Assembly (NCBI GenBank): GCA_951406725.2
Contig: OX597823.1
Location: 23,870,001 to 23,934,000, forward strand
DNA: 64,000 bases
DNA from: Octopus vulgaris
Lineage: Eukaryota
Direction: 5' to 3'
Below, one piece after another: positions 63,501 through 64,000 of the stretch. Numbering within the stretch: position 1 is the stretch's first letter; the number at the start of each line of letters is the position of its first letter. The notes under the pieces were generated by a model that searched no databases, was not told the origin of the DNA, and worked only from the letters and a program-made list of their open reading frames with translations. The translations under genes and the position numbers were made by a program.

Positions 63501-64000
63501 TTTTTCTGTATTTTCAGCTGACAAGCCTCTTCAAATTAAGAGAGTTAGTATATTAGAGAAGGAAACTTTTGGAAGGCTTATGAATGTGAACTTAAAGACG
63601 TGTAATGAAGCTTGCTTTCAATATCCGGATTGTAATTCTTATGAGTACAATGAGAAAGATAAATTATGTGATCTAAGCAGAGTGACTCGGTTGACTGATC
63701 AATTTAAACCCAACTATGGAGTTTGGGATTCATACACAATCACCCCAGGTCAGTAGAGCATTTCCGTTTAATTTCTTGAGTGTATATATGTCACCCCCCC
63801 CCCCCCACACACATACATACATATCTGTGTGCCAATATCTTCTGATTGTTTCACTCAGTATCTTTTATTCTAAATCTGTCATTATCTCTTCATTCTCACC
63901 CTCTTCCTAATATGTACACATCATTGATATCAATTTCTCTTACTCACTTTAGTTTACATGAAAATTGATTGTGGACCACCGAAAGATATTGCTGACACAT
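8928..64000 (+). CDS. Partial multi-exon gene encoding an extracellular (PAN-PAN-Sushi)n repeat protein, join(8928..9167,11571..11804,19501..19671,25848..26018,28621..28857,34267..34497,41188..41358,44788..45024,52839..53072,54845..55015,62093..62332,63518..63748,63953..>64000)
   Basis: 13 exons with polypyrimidine-AG acceptors; 12 complete with GT donors, all phase 1-1. Lengths are 240/234/171/171/237/231/171/237/234/171/240/231 nt plus 48 nt partial, 2616 nt in all, with no stop codon. Cys spacing of PAN and CCP domains is conserved and N-glycosylation sequons (NAT, NVT, NST, NKT) are present. Both gene ends lie outside the window. Confidence 0.88.
11571..11804 (+). CDS. Exon B1, PAN/Apple domain type B
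   Basis: ttcttccAG|cc...cct g|GTcagt; TLKECNEKCYRYHGCNSYQYSEENKLCVLSNVT...DVYITNP. Confidence 0.9.
12690..14850 (-). mobile_element. Two decayed RTE LINE fragments in tandem
   Basis: Minus-strand frames DNFYYLGDQIS..., NFRELLSLLVTK, WKQNLESKGLKINL.KTKV, PFLFIII.QAITE. Confidence 0.75.
14855..16180 (+). mobile_element. Decayed RTE LINE 3' half with 3' UTR
   Basis: YADDL at about 15040, Cys-rich insert, RW.GHV-like motif and the shared gtaaaaagcacc.../aggaa.gcatccag tail. Confidence 0.8.
16180..17140. mobile_element. CR1/Jockey-group LINE fragments (+ 16180-16780; - 16820-17140)
   Basis: VRDLGI, ILRTFRT, DYCSQLW, YIWKILEGIVPNFGI on +; LQNDLNAI..NNMQFNAK on -. Confidence 0.75.
18640..19190 (+). 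mobile_element. Decayed non-LTR element with RLE endonuclease (R4/Dong-like) 3' end
   Basis: HVISSC...HDVVAKTIYN, YWWNIPIKT..KPD...IIEVSCP.D.NI...EK..Y, IIILALG: the CCHC/RHD/PD..E/K-Y layout of RLE elements. Confidence 0.7.
19501..19671 (+). CDS. Exon C1, Sushi/CCP domain
   Basis: atttccAG|tt...aat g|GTaacg; CGSPKDVAGA...VIYTCSDGE...CEKDNKWTPVASVC, with the 4-Cys and Trp pattern of CCP modules. Confidence 0.9.
20715..22470 (-). mobile_element. RTE LINE 3' half with 3' UTR and (GAT)n tail
   Basis: Minus-strand LSPLLFIIVLQ, ELLCANDL, MLHSSETWAM..RRLERNEASM.HWMC, GRHRKTCD; same family as 1-1620. Confidence 0.85.
22710..23210 (+). mobile_element. RTE-type 3' UTR/SINE-like repeat with internal aaaaagcaccatcc subrepeats
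   Basis: Matches the tails at 1300-1620 and 53195-53380. Confidence 0.7.
23400..24950 (-). mobile_element. Highly decayed LINE RT relic
   Basis: Minus strand LIFVDDI at about 24150-24172 and FTDF..K at about 24310-24330. Confidence 0.45.
25064..25189. repeat. Minisatellite, 3 x 42 bp
   Basis: Unit cagtgttcgtaggattgttacttaactccacgacactcatta starts at 25064, 25106 and 25148. Confidence 0.85.
25848..26018 (+). CDS. Exon C2, Sushi/CCP domain (extra copy not preceded by A/B exons)
   Basis: attacAG|aa...aaa g|GTaatg; INCGTPKDIANALKSY...VTYTCPKGE...CEKDNKWTPIPSAC; 171 nt, open frame. Confidence 0.87.
28621..28857 (+). CDS. Exon A2, PAN/Apple domain type A
   Basis: actctAG|at...aaa t|GTaatt; ACAEKCFSDKTCASFEILKTSGLCYL...DYYQRVK. 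Confidence 0.9.
30060..31470 (-). mobile_element. RTE LINE fragments
   Basis: ICGKGVGRNSVRCTQCKLWTHKRCS...VDNFCYL...WANFRELLSLL; QERQLCWYGHVLCM...GKPSKT. Confidence 0.8.
32080..33520 (+). mobile_element. Ty3/Gypsy integrase relic with PPT and start of 3' LTR
   Basis: HDAHFG...C..C zinc-binding motif, PWTK.GADLF, RDNGLQF and PQSN.QGER rve motifs; PPT aaagaagggaga (33389-33400) followed by TGTAA at 33401. Confidence 0.82.
34267..34497 (+). CDS. Exon B2, PAN/Apple domain type B
   Basis: ttaccAG|ct...cca g|GTcagt; SLNECNEACQQYEGCNSYEYNDQDKLCGLSNVT...WDVYIINP. Confidence 0.9.
35227..35320 (-). ncRNA. Type I hammerhead ribozyme motif (stem II decayed)
   Basis: Minus strand: cagctatct-CTGATGA-gtgc...atga-GAAAC-tgattg-GTA-agaccagctg. 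Confidence 0.55.
35891..35982 (+). ncRNA. Type I hammerhead ribozyme motif (GAAA mutated to TAAA)
   Basis: cagctacct-CTGATGA-gcat...atgc-TAAAC-caattg-GTA-agatcagc, with palindromic stem III. Confidence 0.5.
36380..37450 (-). mobile_element. Penelope-like element relic with GIY-YIG endonuclease
   Basis: NIIHVLKCRGCDEDYIGQTSLTLRDRLMVHRQQI...KES.LIKKYKPQL (37045-37332). Confidence 0.75.
37580..38420 (+). mobile_element. Tc1/mariner transposase relic
   Basis: LVFTDEKK, VWAAVTATG, LQQD.A.SH and W.SR.PDLN.LDFSV motifs. Confidence 0.8.
38540..39600 (+). mobile_element. Second Tc1/mariner transposase relic
   Basis: WS.ETHFKLNG, PFFFEGTVTG.AYL.ML, APPHY and SP.LTPVDFLLWG motifs, frameshifted. Confidence 0.7.
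39640..40545 (+). mobile_element. RTE LINE fragment
   Basis: YADEL, Cys-rich insert, HSSETW; same family as 1-1620. Confidence 0.75.
40555..40880 (+). mobile_element. Tc1/mariner 3' fragment
   Basis: NIW..NSPDLNPLAYYV motif. Confidence 0.6.
41188..41358 (+). CDS. Exon C3, Sushi/CCP domain
   Basis: tttccAG|tt...aaa g|GTaatg; DCGPPKDITGA...VIYTCPEGE...CAEDDKWTPVASSC. Confidence 0.9.
42200..42810 (+). mobile_element. RTE LINE fragment
   Basis: VDNFCYLGD, WRKFIELLPLL and WFGHVV motifs. Confidence 0.7.
44788..45024 (+). CDS. Exon A3, PAN/Apple domain type A
   Basis: attccAG|tc...aaa t|GTaatt; VCAEKCLYNSKCLAFEITKESGNCYLS...DYYQRVK. Confidence 0.9.
45326..45420. repeat. Compound (GGT)n(TAG)n microsatellite
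   Basis: Read directly. Confidence 0.9.
47561..47614 (-). ncRNA. Mirror copy of the minimal type I hammerhead ribozyme
   Basis: Reverse complement of 47909-47962 in the left palindrome arm. Confidence 0.72.
47909..47962 (+). ncRNA. Minimal type I hammerhead ribozyme (Penelope-type)
   Basis: aaccac-CTGAAGA-atgtc[tcatagaagtgct]gacac-GAAAC-gatc-GTA-gtggtt: 6-bp stem I, conserved core, palindromic stem III, GUA cleavage triplet (cut after 47956); the first stem II pair is A-C instead of G-C. Confidence 0.75.
48270..49170 (+). mobile_element. CR1/Jockey-group LINE 3' fragment
   Basis: MQFNASKFQAL...DLGIEMSN...ILRTFQTRD...LDYCSQLW...LEAVQR...SYWDRLKEL (ORF 48361-48777). Confidence 0.85.
50192..51068 (+). 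mobile_element. Internally deleted mariner element with TIRs
   Basis: Imperfect TIRs tgagtcggtatcaagaagttcc / gaaccttttgataccagctca; NVKFCVKLGKSATE and PYSPDLAP motifs. Confidence 0.85.
52839..53072 (+). CDS. Exon B3, PAN/Apple domain type B
   Basis: ttctctAG|ca...cca g|GTcagt; SLMECAKACNLNPSCNSYEYNEKFKLCDRSNVT...WDVYIRNP. Confidence 0.9.
53195..53382 (+). mobile_element. Young SINE/RTE-tail repeat between (TG)n and (GAT)n
   Basis: CpG-intact copy of gagtggttggcgttaggaagggcatccagc...aaagcggacgttaaacgatgatgat. Confidence 0.8.
54028..54085. repeat. (GATA)n microsatellite
   Basis: Read directly. Confidence 0.9.
54085..54227. mobile_element. Small foldback/MITE-like element
   Basis: About 55-bp imperfect inverted arms (tggatcaaaatagtatgattcaaatttgttgg / ccaacaaatttgaatcaaaccgttctgatcca) flanked by TA. 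Confidence 0.6.
54845..55015 (+). CDS. Exon C4, Sushi/CCP domain
   Basis: tttccAG|at...aaa g|GTaaca; DCGTPREVSGS...ATYTCPNGE...CEKDNKWTSVPFSC. Confidence 0.9.
55880..56734 (-). mobile_element. Penelope-like RT relic
   Basis: Minus strand QTDGLQYG...AYHDDCF (RT motifs B and C) at about 56200-56275. Confidence 0.5.
56528..56699. repeat. 86-bp tandem duplication
   Basis: 56528-56613 and 56614-56699 differ by one base. Confidence 0.92.
56765..56915 (+). mobile_element. tRNA-derived SINE 5' part
   Basis: A/B-box-like tgtggctgtgt...ggttcagtccc followed by ggcaccttggacaagtgtctt; a minus-strand copy lies at about 63030-63400. Confidence 0.65.
56921..58193 (+). mobile_element. Near full-length decayed Tc1/mariner (maT/DD37D-like) transposon
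   Basis: TA-CAGGG...CCCTG-TA ends; MVFGMITNDG, YVWQQNSSPYHTS and IWPHN motifs in ORFs 57186-58007. Confidence 0.85.
58870..61245 (-). mobile_element. Decayed HERO/R2-group non-LTR element flanked by about 200-bp direct repeats
   Basis: N-terminal zinc finger CKLCCRTFVTKSDLKIHQGKAC; RKISW..IW...LGFLI.S.YD.L.SLANL.RW...CKC...TLKHILSN...ALNR; direct repeats at about 58876-59075 and 61028-61233. Confidence 0.72.
60507..60571. repeat. (ATT)n microsatellite
   Basis: Read directly. Confidence 0.9.
62093..62332 (+). CDS. Exon A4, PAN/Apple domain type A
   Basis: aattctAG|at...aaa t|GTaatt; ACAEKCFSDKTCLSFEITKGSGLCYLS...DYYQRVK; close paralogue of A2. Confidence 0.9.
62436..62659 (+). repeat. Near-identical copy of 56430-56734 (with one 86-bp unit)
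   Basis: ttaagaatgttatccatagaaaaccctgaac...ttgagta.tattgaaggaaa; a few substitutions and a tcagg duplication. Confidence 0.9.
63518..63748 (+). CDS. Exon B4, PAN/Apple domain type B
   Basis: ttttcAG|ct...cca g|GTcagt; NLKTCNEACFQYPDCNSYEYNEKDKLCDLS...WDSYTITP. Confidence 0.9.
63953..64000 (+). CDS. Exon C5 (5' part), Sushi/CCP domain, cut by window end
   Basis: cactttAG|tt tac atg aaa att gat tgt gga cca ccg aaa gat att = YMKIDCGPPKDI; the upstream intron matches that of C3. Confidence 0.85.

Overview
AT-rich, repeat-dense animal DNA. The RTE-LINE, SINE and Penelope repeats resemble those of Octopus (recognised by eye, not searched). The window lies inside one large + strand gene. I reconstructed 13 short coding exons, each with an AG acceptor; the 12 complete ones also have a GT donor, are phase 1-1 and are multiples of 3, and the 13th is cut by the window end. 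They splice into a stop-free frame of about 870 aa made of repeats of PAN/Apple(A)-PAN/Apple(B)-Sushi/CCP(C), in the order A B C C A B C A B C A B C(partial). No start/signal-peptide exon or terminal exon lies in the window. The repeats arose by duplication of whole exon+intron blocks and show signs of fast amino-acid change. All four complete Sushi exons read through their donor into an in-frame, transmembrane-like tail. The introns hold decayed RTE, CR1-like, R4/HERO-like and Penelope-like retroelements, Tc1/mariner relics, a Gypsy integrase relic and a young non-autonomous LTR element with a tRNA-Trp PBS. They also contain long palindromes carrying type I hammerhead ribozyme motifs and a locally templated filler insertion. 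Exon, LTR and palindrome boundaries were counted by hand; boundaries of decayed elements are approximate.
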